NCBI GenBank assembly: GCA_963662665.2
Contig: CAXXJS010000061.1
Coordinates: 160,001 to 224,000 of the forward strand
Length of the DNA: 64,000 bases
Direction: 5' to 3'
From: Candidatus Latescibacterota bacterium
GTDB taxonomy: Bacteria; Latescibacterota; UBA2968; GCA-2709665
Both the position numbers and the translations under genes were made by a program. The notes beneath the pieces are model-generated. The model ran no database searches and was not told the DNA's origin. It saw only the letters and a program-made list of their open reading frames with translations. Shown here one piece after another: positions 50,568 through 61,094 of this stretch; within the stretch, counting starts at the first letter, position 1, and each line of letters begins with the position of its first letter.

Positions 50568-50855
50568 ATGTTGATACTTCCCTGTCCGAATTGTGGCGAC
50601 CGGAACGTGAGCGAGTTTCGTTTCGGGGGTGAATACAATCCCCGACCCTCGGATCCTGGCGCGTGCGACGACGCGGAACTGGCCGCGTATCTTTATATGA
50701 ACGATAACAAGCTGGGCGTCGAGAAGGCGTGGTGGTATCACCAGGCGGGATGCGGTCTATGGTTCCTCGTGGAGCGGCATACAAAAACGCAACACGTGCT
50801 AAAATCGTACGTCTGGCAGGCGGACGCGGCAGGGGAGAGCGCCGATGGCGATTGA
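50568..50855 (+). CDS. soxD: Sarcosine oxidase delta subunit
   Basis: CPNCGDR..SEF and WYHQAGC motifs. Confidence 0.9.
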   Translation: MLILPCPNCGDRNVSEFRFGGEYNPRPSDPGACDDAELAAYLYMNDNKLGVEKAWWYHQAGCGLWFLVERHTKTQHVLKSYVWQADAAGESADGD

Positions 50856-53769
50856 GTCGATGACCCGGGCCGTCCCCGGTACGGGCCCGGACAGGCTTCC
50901 GCCGCAGTGTGGCGAGGTGATCGATCGGGGCACCCCGGTTGCGTTTTCCTTCGACGGACAGGCTTATACGGGATACACTGGCGATACCATCGCATCGGCC
51001 CTGCGGGCCGCCGGTGTCCGGGTTTTGAGCCGTTCGTTCAAATATCACCGGCCCCGCGGTTTGTTATGCTGCGCCGGTCAATGTCCGAACTGCCTGGTCC
51101 AGATTGGAGACGAGCCGAACGTCCGCGCTTGCACGCGCCACGTGGAGGCGGGTATGGCCGTTCGTTCGCAGAACGCGCAGCCTTCGCTGGATCGGGACCT
51201 TCTTTCGCTTACCCGGCTGGCAGCGCCGTTGATGCCCGTCGGTTTCTATTACAAGACGTTTATCCGTCCCGCCGTGTTGTGGCCATCTTACGAACGCGTG
51301 CTTCGTCGTGCGGCCGGGTTGGGAACAGTGGACCTCGCGTCGCGTCCGGACGGCTACGACAAGGAGTATCTGCATGCCAGCGTGGTGGTGGTGGGAGGCG
51401 GACCGTCGGGGATGGCTGCGGCCGTTGCCGCAGCCGAAGAGGGCGCGCGCGTCGCCCTCTTCGAAGTTGAACCGTTTCTGGGTGGACGCCTGCGCTTCTC
51501 CCCTTCCCAGGCCGGCTGTCTGGAGGAGTTGCGGGCTTCGGTGGCGAACCGCCCGGATATTGCTGTCTATACGGATACGGCCGTTGTGGGCTGGTACCAG
51601 GATAACTGGCTGGCCGCGGTGAAGGGTTCGCGGTTGTTCAAAATACGGGCGGAATCCGTGGTTGTCGCAACCGGCGCGATCGAAATGCCGTTGTTGTTCG
51701 ACAACAACGACCTGCCGGGGGTGATGTTGGGCGGCGCCTCACAGCGTCTGATCCATCTTTACGGCGTGAAGCCGGGCGAAAGGGCGCTGGTGGTAACCGC
51801 GAATGACGACGGATGGGACGTGGCTGCAGACCTGGTCGAGGCGGGAATTGAGATCTCCGCAGTTGTGGACGAACGGTTCACGTGTTCAAGTTCGGTCGCC
51901 GACGAATTGATTTCCCGTGGCGTGCCCGCGTTTTTCCGACATACGATTCTGGAAGCCGTCGGGTCAAAGCGAGTTCGAGCCGCCAGGGTCGCCCGGATCG
52001 ATCCGCTGGGAGAGGCGGATCGGTCCGCGGCGCGAAACCTTGAATGCGATCTGATTGTTGTGAGCGTGGGCTGGACGCCGGATCTGGCGCTGTTTTACAT
52101 GGCAGGCGGCGCTTCGGAATACGACGAACAGCGGTCGGAACCGCACCCGACAGACGCGCCGAGGGGGATGTTCGCAGCGGGGCGCGCCGCGGGCGCCCAC
52201 ACGGCCGAATGTGCTCTCGATGAGGGGCGGATCGCGGGAAGGCGGGCCGCGGCCTCCTCGGGCTTCGGAGACGGACCCGATGGGTCTGACGTTTCCGATC
52301 TGCTCGCGAGGAAAGCCGATGAGCCGGTGCGGACGTCCGCCCGTACGTTGGTACCGGGCAAAAAGAAGAGGTTTCTGTGTTATTGCGAAGACGTCACCGA
52401 CGTGGATCTGCAGACGGCAATTGTTGAGGGATACGACAGCCTTGAACTGCTGAAGCGGTACAGCACGATATCCATGGGCCCCTGCCAGGGCAGGATGTGC
52501 TCCATGAATACGGTACATCTTTGCGCCCGGGCGAACGGAAAACAGGTGCAGGAAACGGGGAAAACGACGTCTCGCCCTCCAGTAACGCCCGTCACGCTGG
52601 GTGCGTTGGCCGGGCAGAATATGGAACCCGTGCAGGTGTCTCCCGCGCATCAGTGGCACCTGGACCAGGGAGCCAGAATGATGGTGGCGGGCCTCTGGCT
52701 GCGACCGGAAGACTATGGCGACGCCACGGCAGAGGTAAAGGCCGTGCGCGAGCGTGTCGGGCTGATGGACGTCAGTACGCTGGGCAAGATCCAGCTGACG
52801 GGGCCCGGCGTACCCGAATTGCTCGAAAGGCTGTACGTGAACCAGTGGCGGAAGCTGGGTGTGGGCCGCGTCCGGTACGGCGTAATGTGCAACGACGAAG
52901 GCGTGGTGATGGACGACGGGGTGTGTGCCCGCATTCAGGAAAACGAATGGTATATGTGCACCACGTCCACGGGCGCGACGGCGGTGTTCGAATGGATTCA
53001 GTGGTGGGCGCAGTCCGGCTGGGGAAACGGGGTACACGTTGTCAACCTCACCGATTCCTACGCGGCGTTCAATCTGGCGGGACCCCGGTCGAGGGAGGTG
53101 CTGCAGCGTCTCACGGACAGGGACCTGGGCAGCCGGAAGTTCCCCTATATGCGGGTGCGGTCAACCCGCGTGGCCGGGGTGCTGTGCCGGGTCTTGCGCA
53201 TCGGGTTTACGGGGGAACTCTCGTACGAAATTCACTGTCCTGCGTCGTTCGGTATGCATGTCTGGGAAGCGCTGATGGCGGCCGGGGAGGAAGCCGGCAT
53301 CGTCCCGTTCGGCGTGGAGGCCCAGCGCGTACTTCGCCTGGAGAAGGCGCATATCATCGTGGGTCAGGACACCGACGCGTTGTCCGATCCCTTTTCGGCA
53401 AATATGGAATGGGCAGTGAAGATGAAAAAGCGGGATTTTCTGGGCAAGCCCATGTTAACCAGGATTTCGGAACGCGGAATCGGGCAGCGGCTGGTGGGGT
53501 TCAGGATGGCGCGACGGGGCGTTGTGCCCGAGGAGGGTCTGCAGGCGGTGCGTCCGGATGCGAACGGCAGGCAGGAGATCATCGGCTGGTTGACGTCCTG
53601 CCGTTTCAGTCCGGGGCTGAACGAGACCATCGGACTGTGCTGGCTGCCCGCGGACGTCGCCGCGGAAGCCGGAACCCCGTTTCGGATACGCAGAGACGGC
53701 GAACTCGAAGACGCCTATGTCCACCACGGGCCCTTCTACGATCCCGATGGAGAAAGGTTGCAGATGTGA
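50845..53769 (+). CDS. soxA: Sarcosine oxidase alpha subunit
   Basis: RSFKYHRPRG, GGGPSG, CYCEDVT, GPCQG, DVSTLGKI and a GcvT-like C-terminus. Confidence 0.92.
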   Translation: MAIESMTRAVPGTGPDRLPPQCGEVIDRGTPVAFSFDGQAYTGYTGDTIASALRAAGVRVLSRSFKYHRPRGLLCCAGQCPNCLVQIGDEPNVRACTRHVEAGMAVRSQNAQPSLDRDLLSLTRLAAPLMPVGFYYKTFIRPAVLWPSYERVLRRAAGLGTVDLASRPDGYDKEYLHASVVVVGGGPSGMAAAVAAAEEGARVALFEVEPFLGGRLRFSPSQAGCLEELRASVANRPDIAVYTDTAVVGWYQDNWLAAVKGSRLFKIRAESVVVATGAIEMPLLFDNNDLPGVMLGGASQRLIHLYGVKPGERALVVTANDDGWDVAADLVEAGIEISAVVDERFTCSSSVADELISRGVPAFFRHTILEAVGSKRVRAARVARIDPLGEADRSAARNLECDLIVVSVGWTPDLALFYMAGGASEYDEQRSEPHPTDAPRGMFAAGRAAGAHTAECALDEGRIAGRRAAASSGFGDGPDGSDVSDLLARKADEPVRTSARTLVPGKKKRFLCYCEDVTDVDLQTAIVEGYDSLELLKRYSTISMGPCQGRMCSMNTVHLCARANGKQVQETGKTTSRPPVTPVTLGALAGQNMEPVQVSPAHQWHLDQGARMMVAGLWLRPEDYGDATAEVKAVRERVGLMDVSTLGKIQLTGPGVPELLERLYVNQWRKLGVGRVRYGVMCNDEGVVMDDGVCARIQENEWYMCTTSTGATAVFEWIQWWAQSGWGNGVHVVNLTDSYAAFNLAGPRSREVLQRLTDRDLGSRKFPYMRVRSTRVAGVLCRVLRIGFTGELSYEIHCPASFGMHVWEALMAAGEEAGIVPFGVEAQRVLRLEKAHIIVGQDTDALSDPFSANMEWAVKMKKRDFLGKPMLTRISERGIGQRLVGFRMARRGVVPEEGLQAVRPDANGRQEIIGWLTSCRFSPGLNETIGLCWLPADVAAEAGTPFRIRRDGELEDAYVHHGPFYDPDGERLQM

Positions 53770-54473
53770 GTACGTCGGCCTCACCCGTGAAATTGTCGCC
53801 GCTTCATGAAACGGCGCGGAATCTCGGGGCGCGTTTCGAGAAAACTTCCGGTTGGCAGGTTCCGGATGTTTATTCAACGCTGGAAGCGGAAACAGCCGCC
53901 GCGGTAAGGGGCGTGGCGCTGGCCGACGAGACGGCAAACGGGAAGCTTTTGGTTGAAGGTGCGGAAGCGAAAACTGTATGGGGATCGCCGGACGTGGAAA
54001 TCGGGCGCGGGTTGGCGGCCGACTCCCACCGCGCGTATCGGCTCAGGGACGACTGTTTTTTCGTAAGCACCCCACCTGGCGGGGATATCCCTGTCCGCAG
54101 GACACTGATGGAGCGGGCGTCCGCCAGGTTCGTTTCGGTGACGAATCTTACGCATGCCCGGTCTGAGATCCGGGTAATGGGGACGTCCGCTTCGACGCTG
54201 ATGAGCCGGGTTTGCGGGCTGGACTTCACGGGTGGCGCGTTTCCGGACGGCGCGGCGAAGCAGACCAGCGTCGCAAGGACCACGCAACTGGTCATTCGCC
54301 GCGATATTGACGACTTGCCGGCCTATTCGGTCCTCGGGGCGAGGTCGCTGGCAGCATATCTCTGGGACATTCTCATGGAGGCCGGGGCCGATTTACAGAT
54401 CGCGCCGGTCGGCAGGGGCGCCGTCCGTGCCCTGGAGTCTCAGGATACCGGCAGTCAGATAACGCTTTTTTAG
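53766..54473 (+). CDS. soxG: Sarcosine oxidase gamma-like subunit
   Basis: GTG overlapping the soxA stop; SPLHE, SVTNLTHAR, RSLAAYLWD. Confidence 0.8.
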   Translation: MSTSASPVKLSPLHETARNLGARFEKTSGWQVPDVYSTLEAETAAAVRGVALADETANGKLLVEGAEAKTVWGSPDVEIGRGLAADSHRAYRLRDDCFFVSTPPGGDIPVRRTLMERASARFVSVTNLTHARSEIRVMGTSASTLMSRVCGLDFTGGAFPDGAAKQTSVARTTQLVIRRDIDDLPAYSVLGARSLAAYLWDILMEAGADLQIAPVGRGAVRALESQDTGSQITLF

Positions 54474-54489
54474 AGAGGAAGGTTCGTCT

Positions 54490-55971
54490 ATGTCGAATCA
54501 GGCCGCAGCGGATCTGGAGGCATTTGTACGGGCCGACGGTCGAGACGAGCGGGTGAAAAAAGTGCGTGAACAGATCGACGCGCTGGGTATTACCTACATC
54601 TATTACCAGTTTATTTCCGTGACCGGGCGGGTGGTGGGCAAGGGTATTCCTGCGGACCACTGGGAACGGATCGCGGACCGCGGATTCCAGCTGGTATACG
54701 GGGCAACCGCCAACCTGTTCATGGACCGGTACGACAACTATATAGGATACGGCCCGGAGGCTTCGGAACTGGTGGGTATTCCGGATCCCGAGACGTTCGT
54801 ACAATTGGCGTGGGACAAACGGCTGGCGCGGGTCTTCTGCACGCTGTTCCGGAACAGGGACGAACCGGAAAATCCAGGCAGTTTCCTAACGTCGGACTGC
54901 AGGGGCAATCTGCGGCGCATCCACGCGCAATTCATGCAGGACCACGACGGGCTGCATATGCGCCACGGCGCCGAACCGGAGATGATGTGGCTGCAAAAGG
55001 GGCCCGACGGCAAACCCGCGGACGGTTTCAGCAAACCCTACTGCTATCACATCGACCAGTTCGAGTCCCTGCGGCCGGTGGTGATGAAGGTGATCGAATA
55101 CGGCCGGGCAATGGGGCTGGACATGATTCAGGGAGACCACGAGGACGCGCCGGGTCAGTTGGAGTTGAACTTTACGTTCGACGACGCGCTCGCCACGTGC
55201 GACCGGCTGACGACGTACCGGCAGATTTGCGCCCAGGTGGGAAGGGAGCACGACCTCATCGCGTGTTTCATGTGCAAGCCATTCATGGGTGTCTCGGCAT
55301 CGGGTTGCCACCACAATCTTTCGCTGTGGCGGGGGGGCGAGGACGTGCTGAAGTCACTTGGCAATCACACGTTGCCCGGTCTGGATGAAGTATTCACGTA
55401 CCGGGAAGGCGGGCAGAATATGTTCGAGCCGCTTCCTGGCAAACGCGAACCCGCGCCCACCGGATTGCAGTGCATCGGCGGGGTCATCGAACATCTCCAG
55501 GCGCTGACCGCCATCGGGTGTTCCACCGTGAATTCCTACCGGCGATTGTGGGAGACGGGTTTCTGGGCGCCGGTTTATTCGGACTGGGGTTATCAGAACC
55601 GCACCTGTGGTCTGAGGGTATCCGGCCCGGGAAGGTTTGAATACCGGGCCGTCGACGCCATGGTGAACCCCTATCTGATGGCGGGTGCGCTGCTGAAGGC
55701 GTTTGACGACGGGATCCGGAGGGACCTGGACCCGGGCGAACCCGAGCACCGCAATATCTACGAGGCGATCGAAGCGGGCAAAGAGGTAACCAAACTGCCA
55801 ACCACGCTCGGTGACGCACTGGACAAGCTGGAACAGGACGTGGTGATCCGGTCTTCGCTTCCCGGTGAGATGTACGACGTTTACATGCATTACAAGCGGG
55901 ACGAGTGGGAGCGGTTTCTGGCGACGGTGACCGACTGGGACCTGGAGACCTACTGGGATTGCCTTCCATAG
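54490..55971 (+). CDS. Glutamine synthetase-like protein, probable gamma-glutamylmethylamide synthetase
   Basis: EPE, EDAPGQLE, HHNLSLW, NRT, RFEYR; lies within the mgs/mgd cluster. Confidence 0.8.
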   Translation: MSNQAAADLEAFVRADGRDERVKKVREQIDALGITYIYYQFISVTGRVVGKGIPADHWERIADRGFQLVYGATANLFMDRYDNYIGYGPEASELVGIPDPETFVQLAWDKRLARVFCTLFRNRDEPENPGSFLTSDCRGNLRRIHAQFMQDHDGLHMRHGAEPEMMWLQKGPDGKPADGFSKPYCYHIDQFESLRPVVMKVIEYGRAMGLDMIQGDHEDAPGQLELNFTFDDALATCDRLTTYRQICAQVGREHDLIACFMCKPFMGVSASGCHHNLSLWRGGEDVLKSLGNHTLPGLDEVFTYREGGQNMFEPLPGKREPAPTGLQCIGGVIEHLQALTAIGCSTVNSYRRLWETGFWAPVYSDWGYQNRTCGLRVSGPGRFEYRAVDAMVNPYLMAGALLKAFDDGIRRDLDPGEPEHRNIYEAIEAGKEVTKLPTTLGDALDKLEQDVVIRSSLPGEMYDVYMHYKRDEWERFLATVTDWDLETYWDCLP

Positions 55972-55993
55972 AAGCAAGGGGAGCGAGGCGCGT

Positions 55994-56929
55994 ATGTGCG
56001 GTATCGCGGGGATTATCCACCGTAACAAGACGGGTCGGATTGGAAGCGAGATGACCATGATGCTTCAGGCAATGAAGCACCGGGGTCCGGATTCCACGGG
56101 TTTCGCGCTCTACGGCGAACCGTCGGCCGGCGTCCTGGCGATGCGATTCAAGGTGGCAGAGAAGGAGGACCTGGCGTCCGGCTTCCGGATCAGAGATCAG
56201 ATCGTGGAACGCAGGGCGGAGGTGGATGAACGCATCGAGACGCTGGGAGGCGAAATCCTCGCTTCGGAACAGCCAACGGAGTACGCGTTCCTGTATCGCG
56301 TGAAGTACGAAGGCGACCTGCGCCGGTTCGCGGACTTCATTGAAGATGCGGAAGGCGTTGAGATCCTGTCTATCGGCAGTGCGCTGGAACTGGTGAAGGA
56401 TCTGGGCGATGCGAATGAGGTGTGTGTGCAGTACGGGACGGGTTCGTTTGTGGGCACACACGCCATCGGGCACGTCCGCATGGCCACGGAGTCAGACGTC
56501 GACATTCGATCCGCGCACCCCTACTGGGCGTATCCGTTTGGCGATATCTCCGTGGTGCACAACGGTCAGCTGACCAATTACTGGTCCATGCGGCGCGACC
56601 TCGAGCGTCGGGGACATCGGTTTGTTTCGGATTGCGATTCTGAACTGATCGCGGTCTATATCGCCGATAGCCTCGATCGTGAGGTTCCATTGGAAGAAGC
56701 GATGGTGCGGTCCGTGCGTGAACTGGATGGCGTATTCACGTATCTTGTCGCAACAACGGATAGCCTGGGTATGGCCAAAGACACCATGGCGGCCAAACCC
56801 ATGGTACTCTACGAAGGCAAAGACGAGACCTTGCTCGCCTCCGAAGAAGTCGCGATCCGGACCGTTCTGCCCCAGGAGATCGAGACGGTAGACCCCTACG
56901 CGGGAGAAGTGCGGGTATGGCAGAATTAG
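55994..56929 (+). CDS. Class II glutamine amidotransferase, copy 2
   Basis: MCGI, HRGPDSTG, GHVRMATES, HNG. Confidence 0.88.
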   Translation: MCGIAGIIHRNKTGRIGSEMTMMLQAMKHRGPDSTGFALYGEPSAGVLAMRFKVAEKEDLASGFRIRDQIVERRAEVDERIETLGGEILASEQPTEYAFLYRVKYEGDLRRFADFIEDAEGVEILSIGSALELVKDLGDANEVCVQYGTGSFVGTHAIGHVRMATESDVDIRSAHPYWAYPFGDISVVHNGQLTNYWSMRRDLERRGHRFVSDCDSELIAVYIADSLDREVPLEEAMVRSVRELDGVFTYLVATTDSLGMAKDTMAAKPMVLYEGKDETLLASEEVAIRTVLPQEIETVDPYAGEVRVWQN

Positions 56930-57774
56930 AAGCGGATGGAGAAAAGAACCACCGGTCCTACGCGATGGGGCTGCACGACGAGCCGCTTGCGAACCGGACG
57001 AACCGGGTTTTCTTTCCCGCCGGGTCCGGAACGGACTTCGTGTATCCTGGAAGTCTCAAAGTGGACTTCGACAGGCGCGCGGAGTTTGACGCGGCGCCGA
57101 TGTCGATCCGGGAAGCGAATCGGAAGATCCGGAGTCTGATGGAAGCGGGATACGGCCATATCGTGGTGCGGAACCCGAACGCCAAGCACTCGCTCGGTTC
57201 CGGCATACTGAACCGGCTGAAGCTGGACTTCGAGGGCTCGCTCGGTTATTTCGCCGTGGGACTCATAGACGGGCCCAACGTTAGGATCAATGGGCGCGTA
57301 GGCTGGTCTTGCGCTGAAAACATGATGGCGGGCACCGTGGTGGTGGATAAGAACGCCGGGTCTTCGTTTGGCGCGGCCTTGCGCGGTGGCGACCTCGTCT
57401 GCAGGGGTGACGTCGGCGGGCGGACCGGGATCAACATGAAGGGCGGGACGATCCTGGTGGCCGGACGAACCGGAATGCTCTCCGGATTCATGATGCAGCG
57501 CGGGCGGATGATCGTCCTGGGAGACGCGGACGAGAATCTCGGTGATTCGATGTACGACGGCACGATTTACGTCGGCGGGAGCATAAAGTCTCTGGGCGTG
57601 GACGCCGTGCGCGCGGAATTGACGGACGTCGAGGTCGACTGGCTGGGTCTCAAGTTGGGGATGTACGGCCTCGAGGCCCCGGGCGGCGTCTGCAATTTGA
57701 AGAAGGTCGTTGCGGGCAGGCAACTCTGGAATTACGACAACCTGGAACCTGCCGAAAAGAAGATGGTGCTCTGA
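56917..57774 (+). CDS. GXGXG domain protein, copy 2
   Basis: Gly-rich repeats, DSMYDG, RQLWNY; N-terminal extension of about 50 aa. Confidence 0.88.
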   Translation: MAELEADGEKNHRSYAMGLHDEPLANRTNRVFFPAGSGTDFVYPGSLKVDFDRRAEFDAAPMSIREANRKIRSLMEAGYGHIVVRNPNAKHSLGSGILNRLKLDFEGSLGYFAVGLIDGPNVRINGRVGWSCAENMMAGTVVVDKNAGSSFGAALRGGDLVCRGDVGGRTGINMKGGTILVAGRTGMLSGFMMQRGRMIVLGDADENLGDSMYDGTIYVGGSIKSLGVDAVRAELTDVEVDWLGLKLGMYGLEAPGGVCNLKKVVAGRQLWNYDNLEPAEKKMVL

Positions 57775-57842
57775 CAGACTCAACGGGCTTTTAACCCGGG
57801 AACCGGAACAGAACCCGGTTCCGGCGCTTCTGGAGAGACAAT

Positions 57843-58835
57843 ATGGGCGATGTGTTATCCGTAGGAATGGTGGGCGCGGGCGGGATCGCGCATTCTCATA
57901 TGCGCGCGATCGCGGAGGTTGAAAACATACGAACGGCGGCGGTGATGGATATCTACCCGGAACCCGCTGAGGCGGCCGCGGTCGAATACGGTGCCACGCC
58001 ATACACCGACCTGGACGCGATGCTGGCAGATCCGAAGGTTGAAGCCGTCCACGTATGCACCCCCCACAACCGGCACGGCGCGCAGGTCGTGGCCGCCGCC
58101 GAAGCAGGTAAACACGTCCTGGTGGAGAAGCCGATGGCGCTTACCCTCGACGAGTGCGACCGGATGATCGCGGCCTGTGAAAAGGCCGATCGGGTTCTGA
58201 TGGTCGGGCAGGTCATGCGCTATTACCCGGTCAGCCGAAGAGTGAAACAGCTCATCGCCGATGGCGTGATCGGTCAGGTGGGTCACCTGCTCAGACGCCG
58301 GTTGGGGAACTTCAATCCCACGCCGCCGCCGGGACAGGATACCCACTGGTACCTGGATCTGGAAACTGGGGGCATCTGCGTGCTGTATTGTTTCGGACCG
58401 CACGAATACGATATCCTGCACTGGTATATGGATTCGCCCGTTGTCAGGGTTTTCGCCCAGGGAACGGAGAGTACGGATCGCTACCGCGGGCAGAAGGACT
58501 CCTATACGTCAGTCATGAACCACGCCAACGGCGCGGTCAGTGTGTTGTCTCAGTCCGTCGTCTGTCACGCCGGATCGCATGACCAGTACATCATGGGCAG
58601 CCTGGGATCGATGTCGTTCACCCATGGGCGATTGTCGCTCAACGGCCGGGAGGTGGACGTCGGCGAGCCGGGTAACGGGATGCAAAATCAGATTCGCGAG
58701 TTTGCCGATTGTTGTCTCGAGGGCAAGACGCCCGATGCCAGCGGCCGGTCCGTGCGGCACACAATGGCCGTGATCGAGGCGGCCAAACAGAGTGCGGAGC
58801 GGGACGAGGCGGTGCTTGTGTCGGAATTTGAATGA
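57843..58835 (+). CDS. Gfo/Idh/MocA oxidoreductase
   Basis: GAGGIA and HVLVEKPMA. Confidence 0.92.
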   Translation: MGDVLSVGMVGAGGIAHSHMRAIAEVENIRTAAVMDIYPEPAEAAAVEYGATPYTDLDAMLADPKVEAVHVCTPHNRHGAQVVAAAEAGKHVLVEKPMALTLDECDRMIAACEKADRVLMVGQVMRYYPVSRRVKQLIADGVIGQVGHLLRRRLGNFNPTPPPGQDTHWYLDLETGGICVLYCFGPHEYDILHWYMDSPVVRVFAQGTESTDRYRGQKDSYTSVMNHANGAVSVLSQSVVCHAGSHDQYIMGSLGSMSFTHGRLSLNGREVDVGEPGNGMQNQIREFADCCLEGKTPDASGRSVRHTMAVIEAAKQSAERDEAVLVSEFE

Positions 58836-58862
58836 GAGAGCTTTCCGGGCCAGGACACCGGT

Positions 58863-60128
58863 ATGGACTTGAACACTGAGGTCGTGGACGCGGGCGTCGC
58901 GTTCATTCCCCGGAAGCTGAAAACGCCGCTCCACCTGAGTTCCGGGACGATTTCGGAGCTCACGGAAGCCCGCGCCGCGGTCACGGTACGCGTGGCCGGG
59001 CGCGAAGCTCAGGGCAGGGGTTCAATCTATCTCAGCGACGTCTGGGCCTGGCCGGATCCCGCGCTGACGCACGCGTTTCGAGACGCGGCCCTGCGCGGCT
59101 TCTGCAGCGAACTCGCCACGAGCCTGTACGCACATTGCGGCGGCGAACCCGCGCACCCTCTGGTACTGGGGATGCGTCTGCACGGGTCGATCGCCGGTGA
59201 AACACCGCCGCCGGTCCTCGCGCGTGCGATGTGCGTCAGTCCGTTCGACGCCGCGATACACGACGCTGTGGGCATCGCCACCGGACGTTCCGCATTCCGC
59301 TTCTACACCGGGACCACACCGTTCCCCGAAGTGGACGGATGCTTTCCCGGCGGCGGCGCGTGCGCGGCGATTCAGCGTCTGTTTCATACGCCCCGGTCCC
59401 GTCTGCGCGCCTGGTGGGTTGTGGGAAACGCCGACGACCTGGGGGCGGATCTCTCTCGCGTCATCGGAGAACGCGGGTACCGAGGCTTCAAGCTGAAGAT
59501 TCAGGGAAAGGATAATGCCGCCGACGCAGCCAGGACCATCGAGGTGTACCGCGCCCTCCGAGGGCACGGCGTTGACGACCCGGCGTTGACGGCGGACAGC
59601 AACGAAGCCAATCCGGATGCGGAAAGCGTACTTGACTATCTGGAACGGCTCAGGGCCGAGGACAGCGGGGCTTTCCGGGCGCTCAGGTACATGGAACAGC
59701 CCACGGGCCGGGACATCCTGCTGCATCCGCAGGACTGGCGGGCGGTGAACAGGCTCAAGCCGGTCTTTCTGGACGAGGGTCTCACCAGCCTGGAATTGCT
59801 GCCGGAAGCGAAACGGCAGGGTTGGAGCGGTCTGGCCCTGAAGACCTGCAAGGGACACAGCTTTGCACTGCTTGCAGCCGCGTGGGCGCGCGAAAACGGG
59901 ATGCGGCTTGCGCTTCAGGATCTGACCAATCCCGGGTTCGCGGCAATCCACGCCGCGCTGTTCGCGGCGCACGTGCCCATGGTTAACGGCGTGGAAATCA
60001 ACTCCCCTCAATATACGCCGGATGCCAACGCCGAATGGCTGCCGCGGCTGGCGGGAATTTTCGAACCCGCGGACGGGATGCATCGAATAGACAATCCCGA
60101 AACCGTGGGGTTGGGTTCCACGCTCTGA
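58863..60128 (+). CDS. Enolase superfamily enzyme
   Basis: DAAIHD, FKLK, DSNE, EQP, DE, LKTCKG. Confidence 0.85.
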   Translation: MDLNTEVVDAGVAFIPRKLKTPLHLSSGTISELTEARAAVTVRVAGREAQGRGSIYLSDVWAWPDPALTHAFRDAALRGFCSELATSLYAHCGGEPAHPLVLGMRLHGSIAGETPPPVLARAMCVSPFDAAIHDAVGIATGRSAFRFYTGTTPFPEVDGCFPGGGACAAIQRLFHTPRSRLRAWWVVGNADDLGADLSRVIGERGYRGFKLKIQGKDNAADAARTIEVYRALRGHGVDDPALTADSNEANPDAESVLDYLERLRAEDSGAFRALRYMEQPTGRDILLHPQDWRAVNRLKPVFLDEGLTSLELLPEAKRQGWSGLALKTCKGHSFALLAAAWARENGMRLALQDLTNPGFAAIHAALFAAHVPMVNGVEINSPQYTPDANAEWLPRLAGIFEPADGMHRIDNPETVGLGSTL

Positions 60129-60199
60129 CGGTTACGGGGCCCCGGATTGATGTGATCAGCCGGCAAAGAAGTATTCCGAATCGTCCAGGAGGGAAACCG

Positions 60200-61048
60200 A
60201 TGGATGCCGCATGTCTTGAGAATAGATTGACTGGCGAGGAGAAGTCGAAGTTCGAACGCGACGGCTTCCTGATCATTGAAGATGCAATTCCTCCCGAACG
60301 GGTCTCCGCGTTGACGCTTGTGGTCGACGGGTTGTACGAGACCTATCTTGCCGAGAACGGTCTGGGTTCTGGCGAACGCATGAACCTGACGGACTTCGTG
60401 GGGCGCGACGACGAGTTTCTGGCCTTGCTGGACTGGCCGGTCACGTTCTCCAAAGTATGGGGTATTCTCGGGTGGAATATCCAGCTTTACCACTCCCACC
60501 TGATCGTTACCCCGCCGGAACCGCCGGACAAACGCTCATATAGCGGACGCCTGGGCTGGCACCAGGACAGCGGTCGTCTGAATATGGAACTGGACGCCAC
60601 GCCCCGGCCGCGGGTCTCGCTGAAGGTCGGCTATTTTCTGACGGATACCACCCGGCCGGATCGAGGGAATTTCCACATTGTCCCAGGCAGCCACCTCAAG
60701 AATCGGCTGGATCTACCGGACGACGGCGCGTCCGACCCTCCCGGAACGACGCCCGTGCTGGCTCCGGCGGGCTCGGCGGTGTTCTTCGATCGGCGGCTCT
60801 GGCACGCGGCCGGGAGGAATCACTCGGACGTGACGCGGAAAGTGCTGTTCTACGGTTACAGTTACCGGTGGCTCAGGCCGAGGGACAATATGACGGTGGC
60901 CCACTGCATGGGACGATGTGATCCGGTTCAGCGGCAGTTGCTCGGCGAAAGCACCGGAGGGATGGGGTATACGTCCCCCACCGACGCGGACGTGCCGCTC
61001 AAGGGTTGGATCCGGGAACACGCAGGGGAGGAAGCCGTCGCGCCGTAG
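60200..61048 (+). CDS. PhyH family dioxygenase
   Basis: WHQD, PGSH, LWH. Confidence 0.9.
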   Translation: MDAACLENRLTGEEKSKFERDGFLIIEDAIPPERVSALTLVVDGLYETYLAENGLGSGERMNLTDFVGRDDEFLALLDWPVTFSKVWGILGWNIQLYHSHLIVTPPEPPDKRSYSGRLGWHQDSGRLNMELDATPRPRVSLKVGYFLTDTTRPDRGNFHIVPGSHLKNRLDLPDDGASDPPGTTPVLAPAGSAVFFDRRLWHAAGRNHSDVTRKVLFYGYSYRWLRPRDNMTVAHCMGRCDPVQRQLLGESTGGMGYTSPTDADVPLKGWIREHAGEEAVAP

Positions 61049-61094
61049 TGTATAGCCGCTCGGTATCGTCTTCCGAACGTGCTGGTATGGCATG

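Noticed and set aside
52497-53765. 658-aa ORF overlapping soxA, and likewise the 5' part of 61600..63228
   Set aside because: Shadow extensions in GC-rich DNA; only the 3' parts (soxG and DUF1445) look like real proteins.
54456-54473. SoxG C-terminus QITLF resembling a clamp motif
   Set aside because: Metabolic subunit with a poorly conserved tail; probably chance.
8324-60083. Long antisense ORFs such as 8324..9322, 26304..27380, 41147..42394, 56926..58002 and 59022..60083
   Set aside because: They mirror well-supported genes and lack recognisable motifs.
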